64,000 bases of DNA from an uncultured Acidobacteriota bacterium. Lineage in GTDB: Bacteria; Acidobacteriota; Thermoanaerobaculia; Multivoradales; JAHEKO01. This document shows, piece by piece, positions 1 to 9,049 of the stretch (its first letter is position 1; each line of letters begins with the position of its first letter). The stretch lies in contig CAVQNG010000005.1 of NCBI GenBank assembly GCA_963713825.1, positions 490,778 through 554,777 on the forward strand, in the 5' to 3' direction. Under the pieces are notes generated by a model. The model was not told the origin of the DNA. It saw only the letters and a list, made by a program, of their open reading frames with translations, and ran no database searches. A program made the translations under genes and the position numbers.

Positions 1-1
1 G

Positions 2-217
2 GTACTCATGTACCCAGCGGCCGATGGCAGTTGGTGGGGTGTTGCCCTGGTCGTGATGGTCTTCGGCGTCACGACGGTCGCCACCATGCTGGTGACGGTC
101 GCTGTCGGCTACCTGGGAATCTCTCGTCTACCTCTGGGCCGACTCGAACGCTTCTCCCACGCCCTCGCCGGCCTGGCCCTCGTCGTCTGCGGCCTCGCAA
201 TCCAACTCGGCTTCTGA
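2..217 (+). CDS. C-terminal fragment of a membrane protein, probably a nickel/cobalt transporter-like (UreH/RcnA/TauE-like) protein; truncated by the window edge
   Basis: Hydrophobic helices with LMYPAA...LERFSHALAG; lies next to hyp genes. Confidence 0.55.
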   Translation, partial: VLMYPAADGSWWGVALVVMVFGVTTVATMLVTVAVGYLGISRLPLGRLERFSHALAGLALVVCGLAIQLGF

Positions 218-245
218 TCACCTCCAGGTTCTCAGAACTTCCTTT

Positions 246-270
246 GTAGGGGAGGGGCTTGCCCCCTCCC
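246..270. repeat. GTAG-family REP palindrome. Other copies at ~17731, 19379, 19638, 20431-20482, 20517, 47086, 47418, 55097-55148
   Basis: GTAG+GGGAGGGGCTTGCCCCCTCCC-type hairpins recur in intergenic regions, some as inverted pairs. Confidence 0.8.
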
Positions 271-322
271 GAGTAGAACCCCGTATCCCCTGCGGTCCAG
301 TCCTTTCGGTCTACCTGGGGCA

Positions 323-361
323 CTACCCCTTCGGGTAGGCTGTTCCCACCTAGGCGAGTGT
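323..361. promoter_or_regulatory. Tandem CYACCC-N4-GGGTRG palindromic sites
   Basis: CTACCC-CTTC-GGGTAG (323-338) and CCACCT-AGGC-GAGTGT (346-361), 23 bp apart. Confidence 0.5.
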
Positions 362-397
362 GTTCTTTACCACCTCACAATGGTATTTATCAGATGC

Positions 398-466
398 CTC
401 GACAAAGGCAGAGCCGGTGAAATTCCGGGCGCAGGCCACGGGTCTTCTCTTTTTCCCATAACTGCC
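398..466 (+). ncRNA. Possible degenerate c-di-GMP-I (GEMM-I) riboswitch-like element
   Basis: CGACAAAGGCAGAGCCGGTGAAATTCCGGGCGCAGGCCACGGGTC resembles GGCAAA-stem-GAAA-stem-GCAAAGCCACGGGTC; the 3' half is a poor match. Confidence 0.25.
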
Positions 467-577
467 TCCAGTGGAAGTGTGTCCAGACGTCCCGTCTGGA
501 AGGAAGGAAAACTCGGAAAACTCGGGGACACTATTCAAGTTACCGAGCCCGCCCCGAAAAAAGGGTGGCACCTTTGG

Positions 578-1648
578 TCAGCAGATACGAGGGAGCTGCT
601 CGCCGCTGAGCATGTCGACGACACGCATGCCGCCGACGCGGCTGCGGAGGTAGACGCGGCCATGGTGCTCGTCCACGACCTCGCCGATGATGGCCGCTTC
701 CTTGCCGAGTGGGTCGGAGCGCATCGCTTCGAGGACGTTGTCCGCCGCTTGCGGGGCCACGATCGCCAGGCATTTTCCTTCGTTGGCGACATAGAGGGGG
801 TCGAAGCCGAGGATCTCGCAGGCGCCGCGCACTTCTTCCTGCAACGGGATGGAGTGCTCGTCGAGCCGGAAGCCGATCTTGGATTGCTCGGCGATCTCGT
901 TGAGCGCACTGGCCACACCGCCACGGGTGGGGTCACGCAGCACATGCACGTCGTCCCCTCCGGCAGCCAGGACCTTCTCGACCAGCGGATAGAGGGTCGC
1001 CGAATCGCTCTCCAATTGGGTCTCGAACTCGAGACCTTCGCGCACCGACATGATGGCGATGCCGTGGACTGCGATCTGTCCGCTCACCAGCACCTTGTCG
1101 CCAACCTGCGCCTTGAGTGGAGTGATATCGACGCCATCGGGGATGATCCCGAGCCCGGTGGTGTTGATGTAGATGCCGTCCCCTTTACCCTTGTCCACCA
1201 CCTTCGTGTCTCCGGTGACCACTGACACACCAGCCTCATCGGCTGCCCTCTGCAGCGATTGGACGATGCGCCAGAGATCTTCCATTGGCAGGCCCTCTTC
1301 CAGGATGAACCCGGCCGACAGCGCCATCGGTTTGGCGCCGCACATGGCCAGGTCGTTGACCGTGCCGTGTACCGCCAGCGATCCAATGTCACCGCCAGGA
1401 AAGAAGAGCGGGCTGATGACGAAGGAGTCGGTGGAGAAGGCCAAGCGACTTCCGCCCACGCCCAGAATGGCCCCATCGTGGAGCATGTCGAGCTCCGGAT
1501 TGGCGAAGGCCTTGGCGAACATTCCTTCGATGAGAATCTGGGAGAGGCGCCCCCCGCCGCCGTGCGCGAGCTGCACAGATGGGTAGTCGCTCAGAGGGAT
1601 CGGGCACACCGCACCCGCGAACGTAATTTCGGAGCTGTCGTCGCTCAT
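578..1648 (-). CDS. hypE: Hydrogenase maturation protein HypE
   Basis: [27 protein letters not shown] and C-terminal LPRIC. Confidence 0.97.
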   Translation of the reverse strand: MSDDSSEITFAGAVCPIPLSDYPSVQLAHGGGGRLSQILIEGMFAKAFANPELDMLHDGAILGVGGSRLAFSTDSFVISPLFFPGGDIGSLAVHGTVNDLAMCGAKPMALSAGFILEEGLPMEDLWRIVQSLQRAADEAGVSVVTGDTKVVDKGKGDGIYINTTGLGIIPDGVDITPLKAQVGDKVLVSGQIAVHGIAIMSVREGLEFETQLESDSATLYPLVEKVLAAGGDDVHVLRDPTRGGVASALNEIAEQSKIGFRLDEHSIPLQEEVRGACEILGFDPLYVANEGKCLAIVAPQAADNVLEAMRSDPLGKEAAIIGEVVDEHHGRVYLRSRVGGMRVVDMLSGEQLPRIC

Positions 1649-2734
1649 TGTCCCCGTCCATACTGGTAGTAGGCGGCGCAGGCCCCTTCAGCGGAGACCA
1701 TCGGGGCGCCCAGAGGGTGCTCAGGCGTGCACTTCGTACCGAAGGCCGTGCACTCGATGGGGTTTCTGCAGTCCCTTCAGGATCTCACCGGCGATGCACT
1801 CCGGCGCCTCCTGGGTCACGATGTCTCCCACGTCGTAGCGCTGCTCGGCGTCGAAGGTGACCAGCTCTTCTTTCAGCCGATAGCCGCTCATGGGGATCTC
1901 ACCGATACCCCGCCATTTGCGGTCGCAGACGTCGAAGACCTGTCCCAGGAGCTTCTGGGCCGGCTTGTTACCGTCCCGCGTCACCGCCCTCGTGTACTGA
2001 TTCTCGACGCCGTAACGGCCTTCCTCGAGAGCCTTCAACGTCATGTAGATGCCGTGCAACAGATCGAGTGGCTCGAAGCCGGTCACGATGAGGGGGATCT
2101 TGTACTTCTCGCCAATGGGCTCGTACTCCCAGTAACCCATCACCGCGCAAACATGGCCAGCCGCGAGGAACCCCTGCACTTGGTTGTCGGGAGCGCTCAA
2201 GAGAGCCTCCATGGCTGGGGGCACCAGGACGTGCGAGCAGAGGATGGAGAAATTCTCGATGCCGAGTTGGTGTGCCTGCCAGACGGCCATCGCGTTGGGT
2301 GGGGCAGTGGTCTCGAAACCGACGGCGAAGAACACCACCTCCTTATCCGGATTCTGCTGGGCCAGCTTCACCGCGTCCAGAGGTGAGTAGACCATCCGTA
2401 CGTCGGCCCCCTCGCTCTTGACGGCCAGCAGATCCGAGGTCGAGCCGGGCACCCTGAGCATGTCGCCGAAGGAGGTGAAGATCACATTCGGTCGGCGCGC
2501 GATCACCAGCGCCTTGTCGATGAGCTCGAGAGGTGTCACGCAGACCGGACATCCGGGGCCGTGCACGAGAGTCACCGACTCGGGCAGCAACCGATCGACG
2601 CCCGACTTGATGAGCGTGTGTGTCTGGCCGCCACAGATCTCCATCAGGGTCCAGTCGCGAGTGACCAGTTCCTCGATTCCCTCGACGAACTTGCGAGCGT
2701 CCTCCTCGCTGCGGTACTCGTCGATGAACTTCAT
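1645..2734 (-). CDS. hypD: Hydrogenase maturation protein HypD; one frameshift near 1757-1763, probably a sequencing error
   Basis: [22 protein letters not shown]; conserved tail [30 protein letters not shown] continues in another frame to a TGA overlapping the hypE ATG. Confidence 0.95.
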
Positions 2735-3025
2735 CTAGTTGGCCTCGCCGGGTCCGGTCGGCTGGACCTCACTCGGCTGCGGCACGTCGAGCTCTTCGAG
2801 CTCGCCCATCTCCTTGAGGAACTCGAAGACCTTGTGGGCTTCCGCTTCGTCGATCGTACTGATCGCGAAGCCGACGTGCACGACGACGTAGTCGCCGACC
2901 TCGACCTCCGGCGTGTAGGCGAGACAGACCTCTTTGACGATGCCGCCGAAGCTCACCCGCGCCATATTCATGCCGGTTGGATCTTCCCGGATTTCGAGGA
3001 TCTGGCCTGGAACACCTAAACACAT
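2735..3025 (-). CDS. hypC: Hydrogenase chaperone HypC
   Basis: MCLGVPG N-terminus and GDYVVVHVGFAI. Confidence 0.97.
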   Translation of the reverse strand: MCLGVPGQILEIREDPTGMNMARVSFGGIVKEVCLAYTPEVEVGDYVVVHVGFAISTIDEAEAHKVFEFLKEMGELEELDVPQPSEVQPTGPGEAN

Positions 3026-3037
3026 CTTGCACCCCCT

Positions 3038-5452
3038 CTAGTCAGTCAACGGACTCGATCCCTCTGCCATTCGCGCCGCGGCGACCGCGATCTGTCCCAA
3101 GCTGATGCCACCATCATTGGGTGGCACCTGCCGGTGCAACAAGACGTCGAAGCCGGCCTCGCGCAGCCGCTGACTGGCTCGCTCGGTCAGGAGCCGGTTC
3201 TGGAAGCAGCCTCCCGTCAAGGCTACTTTCGGCTCCCCGACCGCTTTGGCGACCGCCAGTATGGCCTCCACCAGAGCGTTGTGGAACCTGGCGGCAATGA
3301 TACCGACATCCACCCCGCGTCGCGAGTCCTCGATCATGGCCTCGACAAGCGGCTGCCAGTCGATCTCCAGGATCTCTTCCCGATCCTCGGGCGCCGCCTG
3401 GAAGAGCTCGCGATCAGCCGAAGGTGTGGCGACGACGACAGGGTAGGCGGCGAGCACATCTTTGTCGGCGATCCACTCCACGGCCATAGCAGCCTGGCCT
3501 TCGAAGGCGACCCTCTGCTGAATCCCCAGAATGGAGGCCACCGCGTCGAAGAGGCGGCCGGCGCTGGTCGTGCGCGGGGTGTTGAGCCCTGTCTCGAGCA
3601 TGTGTCCCAGCAAGCGGAGCTCCGCCTCGTCGAAGGCCTGCACCGGTGTCAGGTCATCGCGATCCAAAGCCTCGTCACCGAGCATCTCCCATAGAAGTGC
3701 CAGCCCGCATCGCCGGGGCTGTTTGACGGCCGCATCGCCTCCCGGTAAATGGAAGGGCCGGAGTCGGCAGACGCGAGAGAACGAGGCCATGTCCCCGAGC
3801 AGGAACTCGCCTCCCCATACCGTGCCATCGGTGCCATATCCGGTGCCGTCCCAGGTGACCCCCAACGCCCTGGTCTCGACCTCGTTCTCCATCAGGCAGC
3901 CAGCCAGATGGGCATGGTGGTGCTGCACGGCGAACGTCGGCTTGCCGACGAGCAGGTTCTTCCAGGATGATCCCTCGCCGATTTGTGACGTCGATGTATC
4001 TGCATCGCTACCGTCGACGATCTGCTGCACCCATCGGGTCGAGGGGTAGTCAGGATGCAGGTCGTTGACGATCGCTACGGGCTCGGCCTCGTACATGTCG
4101 AGAAAGTCCCGGGCCACCGCCTCGAAGGCTTCGAAGGCCTGGGGTGTTTCCATGTCGCCGATGTGCTGGCTCAAGAAGACCTTGTCACCGACGGAGAGCG
4201 CGACCGTGTTCTTCAGGTGGGCTCCCACCGCAAGCAGAGTCGGGAGCGGCTTGGCGGCGACGATCGGCATGGGGGCCATACCTCGCGCGCGGCGGATCGG
4301 TTGAGCCTTGCCAGCGACAACCGAGACCACGCTGTCATCGACATGGCGCTGGATCGGTCGGTCGTGGACCAGGAGCAGGTCCGCGATCCCGCCGAGGCGG
4401 TCCAAAGCCTCTCCGTTGTCGATGCAGATCGGCTCGTCGCTCAAGTTGCCGCTGGTCGCGACGACTGGGAAGCTGAGCTCCCCGAGCAGCAGGTGATGCA
4501 GCGGGGTATAGGGAAGCATCAGGCCGAGCCACGGATTGTCCGGTGCCACCGCCGCGGCGATCCCGGCAAACGGCTGACGCTGCAGTAAGACGATGGGGCT
4601 CTCCGGGGATTCCAACAGGGTTTCTTCGGCGGGATCCACGAGGCAGATCCGTCGCGCTTCCTCGATGTCCCGCACCATGAGTGCCAGGGGTTTTTCATAG
4701 CGCGCTTTGCGTTGTCGCAGGCGGGTGACCGCGGCGGCGCTGCGACCATCGACCATCAGATGGAAGCCGCCCAGGCCCTTGACCGCCAGAATCTCTCCGC
4801 GGCGGAGGGCTTCAGCCGCCTGTTGCAAAGCGAAGTCGCCGGTCGCTTGGGTGTTCCCTCTGGTGTCCCACAGGGCGAGTTGGGGGCCACAAGCCGGACA
4901 GGCATTGGGCTGGGCGTGAAACCTCCGGTCCATGGGCTCGGTGTATTCGCCACCGCACTCCGGGCACATTTGGAAACCGCGCATCGTCGTATTCGGGCGG
5001 TCGTAGGGCAACGCCTCGATGATGGTGAAGCGTGGGCCGCAGTTCGTGCAATTCGTAAATGGGTAACGGAAACGCCTGTCGCCTTTGTCCAGCACCTCGG
5101 CGAGGCAGTCGGGGCAGGTGGCGATGTCCGGCAGCATGACTACCGACTTGGTGCCCTCCTCCTCGCTGTGCCGAATTTCGAAGGTCTCGAACCCCTCCGG
5201 CGCCAACCAGTTCATCTCCAGGCTATGAATGACGGCGCGAGGAGGCTTCTCGACCGGCAGGCGACGCAGGAAGGTGTCCAGAATCTCCTTCGGTCCCTCG
5301 ACTTCGATGAAGACCCCGCGACTGTCGTTGAGGACCCACCCCGGCAGCTCCATCTCGTGGGCCAGGCGGTAGACGTAGGGCCGAAACCCGACGCCCTGTA
5401 CGGCGCCACGGATCTCGATTCCCAGCCTCCTGGTGTCCTGGTCGGACGTCAT
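3038..5452 (-). CDS. hypF: Carbamoyltransferase HypF
   Basis: VQGVGFRP acylphosphatase domain, two Zn fingers, KGLGGFHL, QHHHAH, PPNDGGISLGQ. Confidence 0.97.
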   Translation of the reverse strand: MTSDQDTRRLGIEIRGAVQGVGFRPYVYRLAHEMELPGWVLNDSRGVFIEVEGPKEILDTFLRRLPVEKPPRAVIHSLEMNWLAPEGFETFEIRHSEEEGTKSVVMLPDIATCPDCLAEVLDKGDRRFRYPFTNCTNCGPRFTIIEALPYDRPNTTMRGFQMCPECGGEYTEPMDRRFHAQPNACPACGPQLALWDTRGNTQATGDFALQQAAEALRRGEILAVKGLGGFHLMVDGRSAAAVTRLRQRKARYEKPLALMVRDIEEARRICLVDPAEETLLESPESPIVLLQRQPFAGIAAAVAPDNPWLGLMLPYTPLHHLLLGELSFPVVATSGNLSDEPICIDNGEALDRLGGIADLLLVHDRPIQRHVDDSVVSVVAGKAQPIRRARGMAPMPIVAAKPLPTLLAVGAHLKNTVALSVGDKVFLSQHIGDMETPQAFEAFEAVARDFLDMYEAEPVAIVNDLHPDYPSTRWVQQIVDGSDADTSTSQIGEGSSWKNLLVGKPTFAVQHHHAHLAGCLMENEVETRALGVTWDGTGYGTDGTVWGGEFLLGDMASFSRVCRLRPFHLPGGDAAVKQPRRCGLALLWEMLGDEALDRDDLTPVQAFDEAELRLLGHMLETGLNTPRTTSAGRLFDAVASILGIQQRVAFEGQAAMAVEWIADKDVLAAYPVVVATPSADRELFQAAPEDREEILEIDWQPLVEAMIEDSRRGVDVGIIAARFHNALVEAILAVAKAVGEPKVALTGGCFQNRLLTERASQRLREAGFDVLLHRQVPPNDGGISLGQIAVAAARMAEGSSPLTD

Positions 5453-5581
5453 CAGTTCCTTTCGAGCTTGCGCGAAGGCGTATTCTAGCGACTCGTGCGA
5501 TTGTTTATACTGGGCCCGGCATTGATCTGCTGTTCCGCGCCGGCAGGGATACCTCGAGGTGGGCCTTCAGGAGGGAAGGGT

Positions 5582-6079
5582 ATGAGCGACGACGCCCGTG
5601 TGAGCGGCACATCCCCAATCGACAACCAGTCCGACCGCAGTCTGGAACAGGAGCGGTTCCCAAGACGGACCCTATTCAAGGTCCTCGGTGGTGCTGCCGG
5701 AGTCGCGGCCGTGACCCAATTGACTGGACTGTCGGGCTGTGGCCCCAAGGTTCCCGAGCCGCCTCCTGTGGCGGAAGTCCCCCTGAGCTCGCTTCCCGAG
5801 GGTGAAAAGGTGCGAGCGATGATGGGAGTCACTCCCATCGAGGTCACCCGCACCGGAGACGAAGTCACCGCCCACTCACTGTGGTGCACCCATCTGGGGT
5901 GTGAAGTGAAGTGGGACGGCGAGCAGAAGAAGTACTTCTGCCCCTGCCATGAGGGCGTCTACAACGCCAAGGGAATCCCCATCAGCGGCCCGCCACCCCG
6001 CCGCCTCGACAAGCTGCAAGTGACCGTTGCGGATGGCATCGCAAGCATCACTACCATCGAAGCGGTAACCGAAATCTGA
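5582..6079 (+). CDS. Rieske [2Fe-2S] protein (QcrA/PetC-like) with Tat signal
   Basis: RRTLFK twin-arginine motif, CTHLGC, CPCH, GPPPR. Confidence 0.9.
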   Translation: MSDDARVSGTSPIDNQSDRSLEQERFPRRTLFKVLGGAAGVAAVTQLTGLSGCGPKVPEPPPVAEVPLSSLPEGEKVRAMMGVTPIEVTRTGDEVTAHSLWCTHLGCEVKWDGEQKKYFCPCHEGVYNAKGIPISGPPPRRLDKLQVTVADGIASITTIEAVTEI

Positions 6080-6162
6080 ATCGGCAGCTCGACCGCGGTC
6101 GCGTGGAGGTCCGTCCGGGTGGTCCGCAGGCGCTGGTCCCTAGGACATCTGGTCATTGTGGA

Positions 6163-6478
6163 GGGGTCCGACGTGGGGCCCCCAGGGGGCTATCCTCCCT
6201 TCCGCTGCAAGAACCCCCATGGAGGTCCCCACGCCGGACCCTGGGCGCGGCCTTGCACTTCTGTACCTTCGAGCTTTCTGTCCCCTACGCTCCTAGGCCC
6301 CTGCGCCTTCAATGCCTCAATGCCACCATTGGTGCCAGAGGTTCGTTCGGGTGGTCAGAAAGGGGGTGCCACGTCGAGCGCAGCGCAAGGGCCTTCGCAG
6401 AGCAGATGAGATGAGGCGCGATGACGTGACAAGGTGGCGGCCCGCCCGTTGCAGTCCGAGTAGCCGACGCCGTCCCCC
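6163..6478 (+). repeat. Left arm of a long composite inverted repeat
   Basis: 6163-6243 is the exact reverse complement of 8905-8985; 6331-6478 closely matches the reverse complement of 8699-8845. Confidence 0.92.
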
Positions 6479-6625
6479 TAAGGGCCACCCGGATGGACCT
6501 CGATGAGACAGCAACAACCTGCAAAGGCCCCCGGGGTGCAATTCGGGTCGGGGTTCCGGTGTTACAGTAGGTAGAGGCAGACTTAGAGTTTTCAGGCACT
6601 GCGTTGATCCCGTTGGGGGGAGCAC

Positions 6626-8209
6626 ATGGCGCTGCCTCAGATTGTGGTTACCGGCTCTTCCGGATTTCTCGGCCGGCACTTGCTGGACGAGTTGAAGGAG
6701 GAGTATCGGATCTTCGGGATCGCCCGCCGCTCGCCAGCCAAGGTGGGCGCACCCATCCACCGCAACATCACCTGGTATCAAGCCGACATCGGTGACCAGC
6801 TGGAGCTGGCCACGGCCTTCCGCAAGATCCGCGAAGAGGGTGGCGCTGAGATGGTGATCCATCTGGCAGCGCACTACGACTTCATTCGCGACAAGCATCC
6901 CAACTACTGGCGAACCAACGTCGAAGGGCTGCGCAACGTCCTCGAGGAGTGCCTCGATCTCCGCTTGCGGCGCTTCGTCTTCGCGAGCTCGGCAGCCGCC
7001 TGTGGTTTCCCGCCATCCTACGAACCGGCGCGGGTGCTGACCGAAGACACACCGGCCGACGGCAGGCACATCTATGCCATAACCAAACGACTGGGCGAAG
7101 AGATGGTGGAGGAGTACAGCGACGACATCCCCACCGCCACGATTCGGTTTGCAGCGCTGTTCTCCGACTGGTGTGAGTACCCGCCTCTGTTCATCTTCTT
7201 GCAGACCTGGCTCTCGAAGAGTTGGCGCCGCCGGATGTTGGGCGGCAAGGGAGAGTTCGCGATCCCGTACCTCCACGTCCGTGAAGCCGTGCGGGTGGTG
7301 AGGAGAGTCATGCGGCAGGCCGACGACTTATCGAGCGGCGACGTATTCCTGGCCTGCCCGGATGGGGGAGTGACTGCACGGTACCTCTTCGAGGAAGCGA
7401 CGATGCTCTACTTCGGTTCGGGTGAAGAGCCGATCTGGGTGCCGCGGTGGTTTTGTCGCCTGGGGATGAAGACGCGGGAGAGGATCCTGACCCTGCTGGG
7501 ACACACTCCCTTCGAGCGCGCCTGGATGGCGGACTACATCGATCGGCAGCTGTTGGTCGATGCCCGCCAGACCCGCCAGATCCTGGACTGGGAGCCTCGT
7601 CCCCGCTTGAACATCTCGCGGCGACTTCCCTTCATGATCGAGAACTTCAAGACCGATCCTGTGGAGTGGTACCAGAAGAATCACGCAGCAATGCGCATAG
7701 AGCCGCCGCTGGACAATTTGCGCGTCCATCGGATGTTGGAGAAATACGAATCGAGAATCCTCGAAGGCATGTCCACACTGATGACGAATCGCGACGGCAG
7801 AGAGCGGTTCCCCTCCTACCAGACGCTCTCTGCCGATGAGCAACTGTGGAATCACCGTGTCGCTTTGCGTCACGTCATGGATTCGGTCCGCACGAGGGAC
7901 AAGTCGATCTACGCCTCCTTCTGTCGAGACTTGGCCGAGCTTCGGTCTGGGCAGGGTTTCGAGGCCGAGGAGGTCTGCGAGGCCCTTCGCACTCTGCGGG
8001 ATGTCTGCATGCGGGTCCTGTTTCAGGACCCCGAAGCCGAGGGCCTGGCTCAAGAGATCGAAGACCACATCACCATGACCATGCTGTTCGGCTGCGATCA
8101 GATCGAGGACACCTTCGAGCAACTGGTGGATGTCGACATTTCATGGGAAGAGAAACGGGATAAAGTAGCCTCCGAGATGGAGGAGCCCGCCGTTGCCAAC
8201 GAACCCTGA
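6626..8209 (+). CDS. NAD-dependent epimerase/dehydratase (extended SDR) with C-terminal helical RsbRD_N/globin-like domain
   Basis: TGSSGFLG, HLAA, YAITK; C-terminal LAELRSGQGFEAEEV. Confidence 0.8.
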   Translation: MALPQIVVTGSSGFLGRHLLDELKEEYRIFGIARRSPAKVGAPIHRNITWYQADIGDQLELATAFRKIREEGGAEMVIHLAAHYDFIRDKHPNYWRTNVEGLRNVLEECLDLRLRRFVFASSAAACGFPPSYEPARVLTEDTPADGRHIYAITKRLGEEMVEEYSDDIPTATIRFAALFSDWCEYPPLFIFLQTWLSKSWRRRMLGGKGEFAIPYLHVREAVRVVRRVMRQADDLSSGDVFLACPDGGVTARYLFEEATMLYFGSGEEPIWVPRWFCRLGMKTRERILTLLGHTPFERAWMADYIDRQLLVDARQTRQILDWEPRPRLNISRRLPFMIENFKTDPVEWYQKNHAAMRIEPPLDNLRVHRMLEKYESRILEGMSTLMTNRDGRERFPSYQTLSADEQLWNHRVALRHVMDSVRTRDKSIYASFCRDLAELRSGQGFEAEEVCEALRTLRDVCMRVLFQDPEAEGLAQEIEDHITMTMLFGCDQIEDTFEQLVDVDISWEEKRDKVASEMEEPAVANEP

Positions 8210-8603
8210 CACACCCCTGACATCCGATTCCTTCTGGCCACGTGCCGAGAAGTGGCTAGTCGTCCTGATCGCCATCCACAGTTTCGTCGTCGCCCTCTTC
8301 TTGATGTTCCTGACCCGTTGGGGTGCCGCTTTCGGTGGTTGGGGAGATGTTTCACCCCTGTTCTTCGCACGTCAGGCCGGGGTCTTTCACATTGTCGTGG
8401 GGATCGGGTACCTGCTCGAGTACTTCAGGGACCGGGGTGTCACATTCTTGCTGACCACCAAGGTTCTGGCGGTGTTGTTCCTGGCGTCGATGATGGTGGT
8501 GGCCGAGCCCGCTCCCTGGGCCGTTCCGCTGTCGGGCGTCGCGGACGCCTTCATGGCGCTGGTGGTTTACCTCGTACACCGCAAGGCAAAACAAGTCAGT
8601 TGA
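8193..8603 (+). CDS. Small four-helix membrane protein (start uncertain)
   Basis: Four hydrophobic segments; overlaps the stop of the upstream gene. Confidence 0.7.
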   Translation: MPTNPDTPLTSDSFWPRAEKWLVVLIAIHSFVVALFLMFLTRWGAAFGGWGDVSPLFFARQAGVFHIVVGIGYLLEYFRDRGVTFLLTTKVLAVLFLASMMVVAEPAPWAVPLSGVADAFMALVVYLVHRKAKQVS

Positions 8604-8698
8604 TCCCGTACGGGTTCAACCTCCGGCTTGGGGGTTGAGGCGGCCGGACTTCGTCCCGGCTCGATCTTTTGGGGCGTGGGGCGATGGGTGGGCCGCCT

Positions 8699-8985
8699 GG
8701 GGGACAGCGTCGGCTACTCAGACTGCAACGGGTGGCCGCCACCTTGTCACGTCATCGCGCCGGATCTCTCATGCTCTGCGATGGCCCGTGCGCTGCGCTC
8801 GACGTGGCACCCCCTGACGAACCACCCGAACGAACCTCTGGCACCTTTGAGGTCAGTAGGGCGCTGAGGCAGTGGGGCAGTGAGGGCTTGAGAGCACACC
8901 GGTTCAGGGTCCGGCGTGGGGACCTCCATGGGGGTTCTTGCAGCGGAAGGGAGGATAGCCCCCTGGGGGCCCCACGTCGGACCCC
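8699..8985 (-). repeat. Right arm of the long composite inverted repeat
   Basis: Reverse complement of the two modules in 6163-6478. Confidence 0.92.
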
Positions 8986-9049
8986 CGCACGATCAGTCCC
9001 GCAGCCCAGGACCCAAGTCCCAAGACCCAGGATAGATCGGCGACTGGGG

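Noticed and set aside
1645-1765. Programmed frameshift in hypD
   Set aside because: Single extra base beside a C-run, no slippery heptamer, and the assembly is error-prone
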